From Promethearchaeota archaeon (GTDB lineage Archaea > Asgardarchaeota > Lokiarchaeia > Sigyniarchaeales > SOKP01), in contig JBHLNT010000013.1 in NCBI GenBank assembly GCA_048941265.1, positions 1 through 51,367 on the forward strand: a stretch of DNA of 51,367 nt, written 5' to 3'. Below the pieces are notes generated by a model. The model made no database searches, was not told where the DNA came from, and worked only from the letters and a program-made list of their open reading frames with translations. The position numbers and the translations under genes are program-made. Positions 10,377 through 20,028 of the stretch are shown in pieces. Each line of letters begins with the position of its first letter. Within the stretch, counting starts at the first letter, position 1.

Positions 10377-10529
10377 ATGACAGAAGTCAAATTAATAGTA
10401 AATGAAAAAGAAATTCCATTAAACGATCTTATGAGAGATATGTTAACTAATTTAATTCTCGGATATTTAAAATCAGCTAAAAATGTCCCTGATGATAAAA
10501 AATCCGTTAAGATCGAAATTAGTTTATAA
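10377..10529 (+). CDS. 50-aa small protein resembling the C-terminal domain of archaeal MobB (not in the ORF track)
   Basis: MTEVKLIVNEKEIPLNDLMRDMLTNLILGYLKSAKNVPDDKKSVKIEISL, ATG to TAA; matches a recalled VxLxVNxKxIPLN...LxNxIxGxxxSxK pattern. Confidence 0.7.
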   Translation: MTEVKLIVNEKEIPLNDLMRDMLTNLILGYLKSAKNVPDDKKSVKIEISL

Positions 10530-10577
10530 ATTAATTAACTTTTTTTTTAATCTTTAATTCTTTTAAGTTGATGATTT

Positions 10578-11015
10578 ATGGCGGAAGAGATAGATTATTT
10601 AACCGAAAAAGAGTTTAAAGAACTTTCCGATAAAGACAAATGGAATCTGATTCAGACTTTAAAAAAAATTATCGGAGAATTAAAAATCAGAGCAGAAAAG
10701 AACTGTGAAGAATGCGAAAAGACCCTATTAACTGCTGATGATGTTAATATAGACCTTTTTTTTCAAGACTGGAGGAATTGTGCTGAACATTGTGATGAAT
10801 GTAGCACTGAAGATTTGGTAAACATGTGTGAAACTCAATTCCAACTTATGAACCATATAGCTAATACTTTACTTGAACTTCAAAGAAAACAGAATATATT
10901 AACTCAAATAGTACTTAAACGTGATGAAACCGGTTCAAAATTGCTAAAAGAATTTGTACAAAAGAAAGAGGAGCTGGAAAAGAAAGATAAACGTTCAACT
11001 GACATGTATCAATAA
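10578..11015 (+). CDS. Hypothetical Cys-rich coiled-coil protein
   Basis: CEEC ... CAEHCDEC ... C flanked by helical/coiled-coil segments. Confidence 0.75.
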   Translation: MAEEIDYLTEKEFKELSDKDKWNLIQTLKKIIGELKIRAEKNCEECEKTLLTADDVNIDLFFQDWRNCAEHCDECSTEDLVNMCETQFQLMNHIANTLLELQRKQNILTQIVLKRDETGSKLLKEFVQKKEELEKKDKRSTDMYQ

Positions 11016-11115
11016 ATCTTATTTTATTTAATCTCCAACCCTTTTTTTTAACTTAATATTTCTTTTTGACCAAGATAGAATCATAAAAAAAGAAAAAAAT
11101 TAAATATACCAACAT

Positions 11116-12429
11116 TTAAAGTTCTTGTAGTGCCTTCTTTTTTGCTAATTTTTGTTCTTCTGTTAATACTGCTTCCTCTCTTTTAACGAAAAACATCAAA
11201 ATTAACGCAACTATAAGGAAAATAGCCCCATTCAGAAAGAAATAATCCCATCCAGTTAAATCTGTTATTAATCCTACTAATCCTGGTCCAAATATTTCAG
11301 CCGAAAAGGTGAATAAATAGTACATTCCAGTATAAGTACCAATTTTCTTTTCAGAGGGAGCTAATCCCCAGATTATTACGATAGTATTAACTATGATACA
11401 AGCATATGCAATCCCAATAAATAAAATTATTATCGAAATAATTAACAAATCTCGAATGAAAAATCCAAGTATTAAACATATACTAAATATAGTAAGTCCG
11501 ATTTTAATAAATAACCTTCTACCGTATTTTTCTGCTAAAACTGCTAAAGGAAAAGCGGAAACTAAAAATGCTATTGCTCCATAAAGCATTAAACCTCCTG
11601 CCTGTCCTCGGGTTAAACCTAGCACGATTACTCCATATGGACCGAGTAAAGCATTTAAAGCAGCCCACCCAACAGAGATAAAAAATATTGCGAACAACAT
11701 GGTGATGGTGCTTTTATCATCCTCTTCAAGTACATCTTTAAAACTTGCTTTTAAACCAACTCTTTCTCTCTCCTCTTTAATTTTTTCTCCTAGTTCAGCT
11801 TCAGTTTTTAAAAGCAACTGATAACTGTATGCATTTTTTTCTTTTACTGTTAATAATAAAACGATTAATCCCAAAATCATTATTACTGAGACAGTTATAA
11901 ATGCAAGTTGCAGACTAATATCAACTAAAAAAATACTGATAAGTGATGCCGCTACGAGAGAGATAGCACTCATCATGTTAATGATTGAATTGGCTTTACT
12001 TCTATGTTGAGGTTGAATAAAATCTGGCATCAAAGCAACTGTTTGGGATCGATAGAAAGACATGGCAATTATAAAACATATCATGAAAAATAGCAAACTC
12101 AATAAAGAAGTTTCAAACGCAATTAAGGCAAAAAAGATTGCTGAAACGGGGATACCTATTATAATATATGGCATCCTTCTTCCCCATTTTGTTCTCGTAT
12201 TATCTGAGACATTTCCCATTATAGGTTGAACAAATAGGCCAACAAGATTATCAAGCCCCATTAATAGACCGACTATCGCAATGCTACTAATATATGCTAG
12301 AAGACTGATGGGCACTTGAGCATTATACAAATTCCATGATATTGAGGTGCAGAAAAAGGCCAAACCGATGAGGAAAGTAAGTTTAATATCTAATTTTTCT
12401 TGTATTTCATATTCTGGCATATTAATCAA
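11116..12429 (-). CDS. MFS transporter (SLC45/maltose-sucrose-like)
   Basis: QPIMGNVSDNTRTKWGRRMPY, ALMPD, AEKYGRR; 12 TM. Confidence 0.88.
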   Translation of the reverse strand: MINMPEYEIQEKLDIKLTFLIGLAFFCTSISWNLYNAQVPISLLAYISSIAIVGLLMGLDNLVGLFVQPIMGNVSDNTRTKWGRRMPYIIIGIPVSAIFFALIAFETSLLSLLFFMICFIIAMSFYRSQTVALMPDFIQPQHRSKANSIINMMSAISLVAASLISIFLVDISLQLAFITVSVIMILGLIVLLLTVKEKNAYSYQLLLKTEAELGEKIKEERERVGLKASFKDVLEEDDKSTITMLFAIFFISVGWAALNALLGPYGVIVLGLTRGQAGGLMLYGAIAFLVSAFPLAVLAEKYGRRLFIKIGLTIFSICLILGFFIRDLLIISIIILFIGIAYACIIVNTIVIIWGLAPSEKKIGTYTGMYYLFTFSAEIFGPGLVGLITDLTGWDYFFLNGAIFLIVALILMFFVKREEAVLTEEQKLAKKKALQEL

Positions 12430-12552
12430 TTTTTTTTTAAAAATAATTATTATTTTTTATCTTTATTTAAAAGAATTTAAAATTATTCCTCATTTTTCTT
12501 AATTAGAAAATTTATTCTATTTCCTAATACTAAATATTTCTTTTATTTTAAA

Positions 12553-13455
12553 ATGAGATTGGAGCCAGAATGCATAGGATGCCTTTTTAACCAAATCCTA
12601 AGAGCATTTTTAATGATCAAACCAAATATTTCCCGCGATATAATTATTTCTGCTCAAAAAAGATTAATGGAATATCTTATTGAAATTGATATAAATAGTA
12701 TTACTGCTCCAATTGTTGGTGCCTTTACTTATAATCTTGTTGCTGAGATTTTAGGTTTAGAAGATCCATATAATATTGTAAAAGATAAATATAATAAGCT
12801 TGCTTTAGAATATTACGATCAAGTTAAATCAATCATCCAAAATGCCAAGGATCCTCTTTTTGAAGCAGTTGCAGTAGCGGCCATAGGAAACACTGTCGAC
12901 TTTGCTTCACAACATGAAATAGATTTTATTAATGACATCAAAAACTTCTCCTCAAAACGGTTTAAAATTAACGATTACAATGAATTTAAAACTGCACTTA
13001 AAAGAGCAAATGAAAATAAAGGACAATTATTAATTCTTGCAGATAATTCTGGAGAAATTGTGTTTGATAAACTATTGGTAGAAACAATTAAAAAAATGTA
13101 TCCTCACCTTGAAATTATCGTTGCTGTACGTTCAAAACCGATTATAAATGATGCGACAATAAAAGATGCTGAGTTTATTGGATTGACAGATATTGCAAAT
13201 GTTCGAGTTATTGAAAGCTGTCCTATACCGGGAATAGATTTATTAAGTGCCACTGAAGAATTTAAAAAATACTTTTATGAAAAGAATGGAATTATATTAT
13301 CAAAGGGACAAGGTAATTTTGAAACATTGTACGGAATGGAAATACCTAATAAAGAGCTTTTTTACTTATTAAAAGCTAAATGTATTTTAATGAAACGGAT
13401 TTTTAAAGTAAATATTGGAGATTTAATTTTTAAGAAAAAAACTGCTAGTTTTTAG
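12553..13455 (+). CDS. DUF89/ARMT1-like damage-control metal-dependent phosphatase
   Basis: ECIGC, DPY, AIGNTVDF, DNSGEIVFD, PIINDAT, SKGQGNFETL, LKAKC. Confidence 0.92.
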   Translation: MRLEPECIGCLFNQILRAFLMIKPNISRDIIISAQKRLMEYLIEIDINSITAPIVGAFTYNLVAEILGLEDPYNIVKDKYNKLALEYYDQVKSIIQNAKDPLFEAVAVAAIGNTVDFASQHEIDFINDIKNFSSKRFKINDYNEFKTALKRANENKGQLLILADNSGEIVFDKLLVETIKKMYPHLEIIVAVRSKPIINDATIKDAEFIGLTDIANVRVIESCPIPGIDLLSATEEFKKYFYEKNGIILSKGQGNFETLYGMEIPNKELFYLLKAKCILMKRIFKVNIGDLIFKKKTASF

Positions 13456-13567
13456 AAAAATCTAAATTAAAAATCAATTTAAATATGGAGTATAAATAGT
13501 TTTATATCACATATCTAATTTAAAGGAATTAAATTAAAATTAAATATAGTTTGAGTTAGCATCTAAA

Positions 13568-14437
13568 ATGTGTAAATTTTGTTTAAAACATGGCGCAAAC
13601 GGTAAATGGTATTTAAACGCTCAAAATTATTTAAAAAAAGAATCTGAGAAATTTGAGGACACTCGGGAATATTTAGAAGTATTATGGGGGAATCTTGAAA
13701 GAATATATTTAGGGAAAACATATGGTTTATCAATAAATAAAACTTTAGATTATAGACTAAAAATACCTCTTTTAGGGCGAGTTATTAAAGCTGTTGTACA
13801 TAGGAAGCTTGAAAAAGAGAAAAATCCAAATCCATTAATAGCAGAAGGTCATCTCGGGCAAGTAATACCACTAGAGGAGGCAAAAATGGTAACTACAACT
13901 TTAGCTGACGTCTGTATAAAGGCTTATTGCCCATGCAGATTTAATCATCGAGGTATAAAAGAAGCAAGTTGCTTAGGATTTACAGCTTTAGCAGAAGTAT
14001 TACCTAAACTTCCACGATATATACCGGAAAATGGTCTCGAGATTTTAGACGCCGATAAGGTAGAGTTATTTTTGGATACCATGAATAAAGAAGGGAAAGT
14101 TCATACGATTTGGGCTGGACCACTTCCGTATATAGCTGCAATATGCTCATGTGAATATCCACAATGCATTGGACTTCGGACCCGCATTGATTTTGATGTT
14201 AAAGCTGTTTATAAGGGTGAATATATTGCATTAGTTGAACCTGATAGTTGCATTGGATGTGGTAAATGCGTTTCACGTTGTCAATTCGGAGCAATTACTT
14301 TTGCACCAACATTAAATCGTCCAATAATTGATGTAAAAAAATGTTTTGGATGTGGCTTATGTAAAGAAACTTGTGAACAACAAGCAATAAAGTTAATTGA
14401 TAGAAATGAGATTCCGATTACAAGAGGGAAATATTAA
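13568..14437 (+). CDS. 4Fe-4S dicluster domain protein
   Basis: C-terminal CIGCGKCVSRC and CFGCGLCKETC; additional CKFC, CPCR and ICSCEYPQC motifs. Confidence 0.85.
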   Translation: MCKFCLKHGANGKWYLNAQNYLKKESEKFEDTREYLEVLWGNLERIYLGKTYGLSINKTLDYRLKIPLLGRVIKAVVHRKLEKEKNPNPLIAEGHLGQVIPLEEAKMVTTTLADVCIKAYCPCRFNHRGIKEASCLGFTALAEVLPKLPRYIPENGLEILDADKVELFLDTMNKEGKVHTIWAGPLPYIAAICSCEYPQCIGLRTRIDFDVKAVYKGEYIALVEPDSCIGCGKCVSRCQFGAITFAPTLNRPIIDVKKCFGCGLCKETCEQQAIKLIDRNEIPITRGKY

Positions 14438-14667
14438 TGAATAAAACAAAAATAAAAGTAGATTATTCAAAATGTACTGCACCTGAGGAGTGTAAGCAGT
14501 GTTTGGATGTTTGCCAACCCGCAGTATTAATCCTTACATTTACCGATAAAGACTTTTATGATCCTAAAGATTGGAAGATATTCCCCGTTTTCCCCGGTCT
14601 TTGCATAGGATGCAATCTATGCGTTGAAAAATGCCCTAAAAACGCAATAAGTGTGAATGCAAAATAG
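14437..14667 (+). CDS. Ferredoxin (2x[4Fe-4S] type)
   Basis: CTAPEECKQCLDVCQP and CIGCNLCVEKCP; TAATG overlap with the upstream gene. Confidence 0.85.
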   Translation: MNKTKIKVDYSKCTAPEECKQCLDVCQPAVLILTFTDKDFYDPKDWKIFPVFPGLCIGCNLCVEKCPKNAISVNAK

Positions 14668-14845
14668 GTCAAATATACTCTAATTTTCGAGAATAATTAA
14701 CTTTGTTGTCACTATTGGAACATAATAGCAGAATATTATGCAAGGTTATAAAATCATGTACTTTTTTATAATTATTATTAGAAACTAGATTGAGTATGGT
14801 ATTAAGAAAGAGGTTTTAAAAATTAAGAAGTTCATCAAGGGAGTA

Positions 14846-15298
14846 GTGATCTGTAAAGAGAGCGGTGAATATTTGCTCGATCTTATCTTAGATACAGAGA
14901 TTAATCCAGTGTTATTATCATCGTTCGTTGGCGCATTATCGCTGTTTGGTAAAGACAATCTCGGGAAAATCGAAGAAATCAATATTAAAGGCTTAGATGT
15001 TGATATGATCATCGTGTATAAGTATAATTTAATCTTAATTGCGATCTTAACTCACGGAGTAAAACTTGACCACCTAAGAGAAGAGGTTGAAAAAGCTTTG
15101 GATATGTTTTATAGTTCATATGTAGAAGAACTTAGTAATCTAGAATGCTTGAATGTCTCAATTTTTGATGAGTTTAGAAAAGTATTATATATACAGATTG
15201 AAGATTATTTTGAAATCTTAAAAGATAAAGAGAAAGAAACGATACAAGACTTTGGATTTTTCACAGAGGCAATTCGTAAACTAAGAAATGGGGCATAA
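14846..15298 (+). CDS. Longin-like domain protein (true start probably upstream, e.g. ATT at 14822)
   Basis: Longin-like pattern: ICKESGEYLLD, LLSSFVGALSLF, IEEINIKGLDVDMIIV, LILIAIL, LDMFYSSY, FDEFRK; paralog of the convergent gene. Confidence 0.7.
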   Translation: MICKESGEYLLDLILDTEINPVLLSSFVGALSLFGKDNLGKIEEINIKGLDVDMIIVYKYNLILIAILTHGVKLDHLREEVEKALDMFYSSYVEELSNLECLNVSIFDEFRKVLYIQIEDYFEILKDKEKETIQDFGFFTEAIRKLRNGA

Positions 15299-15355
15299 AC
15301 TTCTTTTTTTGGTTTTTTAATATCATCTTTTCTAAAATGAAATTCTTATATTTAG

Positions 15356-15853
15356 TTATAATCTATCCTTTGATTTGCGTATTACTTCGGTAAACCACCC
15401 AAAATCGCCGATTTCCTTATTTTTCTCTAAGCGATTTATTTCGTCTAAATAATCTTTAATCTGTATGCCTAAAATTCTTTTAAATGATTCAAATACTTCT
15501 GTATGATAAGAATTCTTAAGATCTTCTTTATATAATAAATAAAACATATCCAAAGCTTTTTCTGCCTCATCTCTAATATTATCTCTTACATAATCTTTAT
15601 CCATGATTGTGATTAGTATTAAATCATATTTAGAAACAATTATCATTTCTAAATCGAGACCTTTTACAGTAATTTCTTTAATCTTTCCCATATTATCTTT
15701 TCCAAAGAGAGCTAAAGCGCCGATAAATGAAGATAATAGCATAGGATTTATGTTTGAATCTAAAATTAAATCTAATAAGTATTCTCCCGATTCTTTGCAT
15801 ATTACGATTGCTTTCATAAAGTGATAATCTAATTTCTCTTTCTGATCGCTCAT
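15356..15853 (-). CDS. Longin-like domain protein
   Basis: MKAIVICKESGEYLLD, LLSSFIGALALF, IKEITVKGLDLEMII, ALDMFYLLY, FESFKR; close paralog of 14846..15298. Confidence 0.72.
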   Translation of the reverse strand: MSDQKEKLDYHFMKAIVICKESGEYLLDLILDSNINPMLLSSFIGALALFGKDNMGKIKEITVKGLDLEMIIVSKYDLILITIMDKDYVRDNIRDEAEKALDMFYLLYKEDLKNSYHTEVFESFKRILGIQIKDYLDEINRLEKNKEIGDFGWFTEVIRKSKDRL

Positions 15854-16012
15854 CTTATAAGTACTTAGTTTTTAAAATATTACTATTTCTTTTAAATGCT
15901 TAGTATTATTAAAATCTTAATTCCATTTAAAAGATAATAATTTAATTAATTAGTATTGTAAGTGAATAAAGAATTAATCTTCATTATCCATAAAAAGTAG
16001 AAAAAAAATTTA

Positions 16013-16864
16013 CTATTTTTCCAAAATTCCTCTTATTTTCTTTACGATTTCCTTAAATGCTTTAGAACTATCCGATTCGGGGTATTTCAGTACAAATGGT
16101 AGGCCTTGATCTCCTTGCTGTCCAACTTCTGTTTCAAAAGGTATTTTTCCGAGTAATGCAATGTTGAAATCTTTAGCAGCTTTTTCCCCTCCGCCTGGAG
16201 GATAAAGATCTATATATTTACCACAATGTGGGCATTTAAAACCACTCATGTTTTCAATTAATCCAAGCACTTTCCTTTCCATCACCATTGCCATTTTTAT
16301 TGTTTTTCGAGCATCCATTATCGCAACCTCTTGAGGTGTAGAGACGACAATTATATTTTCGTCAGGGATAAGTTGGAGAATATCTAATGTTTCATCCGAA
16401 GTCCCTGGAGGTAAATCACACACAAGATAGTCAAGCTCATCCCATACAGCATCACCTAAAAATTGGCGTACAACCCCCATTTTCATAGGCCCTCTCCAAA
16501 TAACAGGCTCATCTGGATTTAGAGTAAGAAAAGCCATGCTCATTACTTTGATATTTACAGGGCCAGTAATCGGATAAAATCTTTTTGCATCGGGATCTAT
16601 TCTTGGCTTCAATTCTGAACTTATACCTAACATCTTTACTACATTTGGACCAGTAATATCCACGTCTAATATTCCAACACGTAACCCAACACTCGCTAAA
16701 TTTATAGCAAGATTTACCGCCACAGTTGTTTTGCCAACTCCGCCTTTTCCAGAAATAACCACTATTTTGTGTTTTATTTTCTCCATATTTTTTTTAATAC
16801 TTTGTATTTTTTGATCCATCATTGCCTCTTTTACAGCATCTTCCGTAATTTCTTCATTTTCCAT
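16013..16864 (-). CDS. Mrp/NBP35 (ApbC-like) Fe-S cluster carrier ATPase
   Basis: SGKGGVGKT, DVDITGP, VIWRGP, DLPPGTSD, TPQ, ENMS..CPHC. Confidence 0.95.
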   Translation of the reverse strand: MENEEITEDAVKEAMMDQKIQSIKKNMEKIKHKIVVISGKGGVGKTTVAVNLAINLASVGLRVGILDVDITGPNVVKMLGISSELKPRIDPDAKRFYPITGPVNIKVMSMAFLTLNPDEPVIWRGPMKMGVVRQFLGDAVWDELDYLVCDLPPGTSDETLDILQLIPDENIIVVSTPQEVAIMDARKTIKMAMVMERKVLGLIENMSGFKCPHCGKYIDLYPPGGGEKAAKDFNIALLGKIPFETEVGQQGDQGLPFVLKYPESDSSKAFKEIVKKIRGILEK

Positions 16865-17072
16865 AATTTCACATCAACTTTAATTTGTAATATTAATTAC
16901 ATATTTGCTCTAAATTTATTTGTATTATAAATAGCTTTTTTCAAAATAACTATTTCGCTTATTGTTTATGAATTTTTTACCATTTTTGATTATAATTTTA
17001 TCTCAATTTAACCTAAATTTTTATACAAATATTATTTTAGCAAATGAATAAAAAAAGAAAATAAAAATAAAA

Positions 17073-18473
17073 TTAGAATTTAAGTTCTTTAATCTTTGCT
17101 TTAATTTCATCCATACGTTCCGTGGTAAGGTTATACCATTTCCAGAAAATAACGGCTCCTAATAAAAGAGCAATTCCCGGAATCAATGACATATGCACTT
17201 TTATTCCTAATAAAGCAAGTGGTGTCTGATTTTCGACGGCAGGATTAAAACCTGTAGTAATATGAACTACTGCTAGTGTGATAAATACAAAGATATTTGA
17301 AAATCGTCCAATGAAAAACTTAATTCCGAAATATGTACCTTCCCTCCGCTCATTATCTAAAGTGACTGCTTCATCGATTACGTCAGCATTTATTACGTCT
17401 TGCATAACAAAGAAGATGCCACCCCCGAGTCCTACTAATGCAATAACAACTATTAACATAGAAAGTGTATTTACAAACATAATTAGTAGAGTCATAGAGC
17501 CCATAACGACAGAGCCTATGGTTATCATTTTTTTATTATCATTCACTTTTTGAGCCACCTTTATCCATATTGGAATTGTTATCAAACTTACAATTAAGTA
17601 TGCGCCCATTACAAGTAAAAATGCGGAAGGATCTTCTTTAAGATTATATCTTAAAATATAATTTCCTGATGCGATCAATAAACCGGTTAAAATGCTGTAT
17701 AGAAAATGAAGAGTAATCATAATTAGAAAATTCTTTTTCTTTAATGCTTCAATTAATGCCTTGAAAAAGCTAATATCTTTTTTATTTTCTTTTACAGATT
17801 CGATATATTGTCCTACTAATGATTTATCTTCCCAATGACCTGGTAACATTAAAACTCCGAGAATCACGACAATAAAAGTTAAAACAATAGCCTGAGTAAC
17901 GTAACTTGATTTGTTTCCATATTTTACAAAAAGGGGGGGTACAGCTATGCCAAGAACCAGACCGATAATCCCCCAGACCGCTTTAATACCCGATACTTTT
18001 CTTCTTTCATCAAAATCTCGAAATTTAAAGGGCATTAATGCTTCAGAATTTATATTCCATATTGTATAAAAAAGATCGTATATAACTAGGATAATTAAAA
18101 GATATGTAAAAATTAACCAACCAGCTGTATTGGGATCAACATCAGGAGTAGTAAATATAAAAATATATAGAATAGCCCATGGAAAAACACCAATGGCCAC
18201 CCATGGAAAACGACGGCCCCATTTTTTAGTAAAGCTAAATTGGCGATCAGTTAAATTTCCCATCCATGGATCGTTGATGGCGTCCCAAGCAGCATACAAA
18301 CTCATGGCTAATGTCAGTATCACCACATTAAGCAAAACCTCCGTCTCATAAAAAAAAAATACATAGGCACCAAAAGCACCGGTATTAAAATTAATTAATC
18401 CTTGAGATATGCTATATGAATTAATTTCAAGGAAACCATGCTTCTTTTCAGATATTTCTACACGATCACTCAT
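17073..18473 (-). CDS. GPH-family (MelB-like) MFS sugar:cation symporter
   Basis: WDAINDPWMGNLTDR...KWGRRFPW, ADVIDE...RREGTYFG. Confidence 0.9.
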   Translation of the reverse strand: MSDRVEISEKKHGFLEINSYSISQGLINFNTGAFGAYVFFFYETEVLLNVVILTLAMSLYAAWDAINDPWMGNLTDRQFSFTKKWGRRFPWVAIGVFPWAILYIFIFTTPDVDPNTAGWLIFTYLLIILVIYDLFYTIWNINSEALMPFKFRDFDERRKVSGIKAVWGIIGLVLGIAVPPLFVKYGNKSSYVTQAIVLTFIVVILGVLMLPGHWEDKSLVGQYIESVKENKKDISFFKALIEALKKKNFLIMITLHFLYSILTGLLIASGNYILRYNLKEDPSAFLLVMGAYLIVSLITIPIWIKVAQKVNDNKKMITIGSVVMGSMTLLIMFVNTLSMLIVVIALVGLGGGIFFVMQDVINADVIDEAVTLDNERREGTYFGIKFFIGRFSNIFVFITLAVVHITTGFNPAVENQTPLALLGIKVHMSLIPGIALLLGAVIFWKWYNLTTERMDEIKAKIKELKF

Positions 18474-18610
18474 ATTTAAAAACTCTTATATCTACTTTAG
18501 CATTATAAAAAAAATAATTCTAATTTTATTGTCATAATTTTTTTAATTACTATTTGATTTTATGAATTAAAAAAGATATTATTAGGGCATAATCGATTTT
18601 GTATTTAAAA

Positions 18611-19318
18611 TCATTCTTTGAGGATAAAATACATTCTTCGATTATTTTTTCCTTTATTTACGGTTTTGATCATTTGGATTTTTCCAATTTCTTTTAAACG
18701 ATTTACATGGGTTCCCCCATCAACTTGTTTATCTATTTTACCAATATTTACAATTCGAAATTTATTTAGGTCCGGGAGACCTTTTGCTAATCGTGCAAAT
18801 TCGGGATTTTGTAAGACTTTTTCTTTAGACATATAATTGATTGTGATAGGTAAATCATTTTCAATTATATTATTAGCCTCATCAACATAGGCTTTTAGCT
18901 TTTCAGGAGAGTAGTCTGTCATAGAAAAATCTATTCTGGTTTTATCCATTTCAATTTGATTTCCTGTGATTTTCGCATTAGTTCTAGTATATAATACATT
19001 AGAGATTAAATGACTAGCAGTATGATATCTCATGAAGGTATATCTCCTCTCCCAGTCCAGCTCACAAGTTACTTGATCACCCTCGCTTAATCCGGATTTG
19101 TCTACTTCATGACTAATTTGGCCCGAAAACTTACCTACATAGATAACTTTAAATTTCTGACCTTTTTTAATAATATAGCCTTCATCCCAGGGTTGACCTC
19201 CTCCCTGAGGGTAAAATGCTGTTTTATTCAACACAACATATTTGTTATCTTTGACACTGATAACCTCTGCTGTCCATTCTTTTAAATAGGAATCATTCAT
19301 ATATAAAGCTTCAATCAT
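18611..19318 (-). CDS. alaXM: AlaX-M alanyl-tRNA editing protein
   Basis: LYMNDSYLKE, TAFYPQGGGQP, MRYHTASH, DGGTHV, NKGKNNRR. Confidence 0.92.
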   Translation of the reverse strand: MIEALYMNDSYLKEWTAEVISVKDNKYVVLNKTAFYPQGGGQPWDEGYIIKKGQKFKVIYVGKFSGQISHEVDKSGLSEGDQVTCELDWERRYTFMRYHTASHLISNVLYTRTNAKITGNQIEMDKTRIDFSMTDYSPEKLKAYVDEANNIIENDLPITINYMSKEKVLQNPEFARLAKGLPDLNKFRIVNIGKIDKQVDGGTHVNRLKEIGKIQMIKTVNKGKNNRRMYFILKE

Positions 19319-19502
19319 AGTGAAAAAAGAACGAATTTTATTTTAAATATTTTACTTGCATTCTACTTCATTAATTTTATTAAATTCTCACATTTATTAA
19401 AAATGTATAAAGTAAACAATAATTTATAATACATAAACTAAAGAAATTAATTGTATTGTAAACATAGTTTTACTGGAGATAAGAGAAATTTAACAAATTT
19501 AG

Positions 19503-19997
19503 GTGATCACAATTCCCGTTTCTAATTTTATGGAGTTATATAAATTCTTACCTAAGACCAATTGTAAAAAATGTGGTAAGCCCACCTGTATGGCCTTTGC
19601 CCTAGATCTATTACAAGGTAAAGTAAAAATTGATGATTGTACTCCTTTATTAGTCCCGAAATATAAAAAACAATATGAAACTTTAAAGGAATTATTGGGT
19701 ACTGAAGAAGGTAAGAAAAAAGAGCTAAGAATTGATGTTGATGAAGATTTATGTGATGGATGTGGTATATGTGTTACTGTTTGCCCTGTAAATGCCAGAT
19801 ATTGTCCGCCGACATTGAGTGGAAAAGCTCCAGATTTTCCTCCTGAATCACATCAATTATTTCAAGTTAAGGGAGGAAAGTGCGAATTATTAAATCTAAA
19901 ACACTGTCGACGATTAGAGGCAGAGGGTCGAGAACGGGAATGTAGAGTTTGTGAAACATATTGCCCTCGAAAGGCTATTAAAATAGATTACCAATAA
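19503..19997 (+). CDS. Fe-S domain (LPxxNCxxCGxPTC) fused to an FwdG-like ferredoxin
   Basis: N-term LPKTNCKKCGKPTCMAFA..C as in CdhE/RnfB N-domains; C-term CDGCGICVTVCPVNA...SGKAP resembling FwdG; first gene of the fwd-like operon. Confidence 0.8.
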   Translation: MITIPVSNFMELYKFLPKTNCKKCGKPTCMAFALDLLQGKVKIDDCTPLLVPKYKKQYETLKELLGTEEGKKKELRIDVDEDLCDGCGICVTVCPVNARYCPPTLSGKAPDFPPESHQLFQVKGGKCELLNLKHCRRLEAEGRERECRVCETYCPRKAIKIDYQ

Positions 19998-20028
19998 AAA
20001 TTTAACAAGAATTTTTGGTGGTTTTATA

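Noticed and set aside
18611-19318. AlaX zinc motif with Asp instead of Cys (DGGTH) as a sign of inactivation
   Set aside because: To my knowledge the DGGTH variant is common among AlaX-M proteins.
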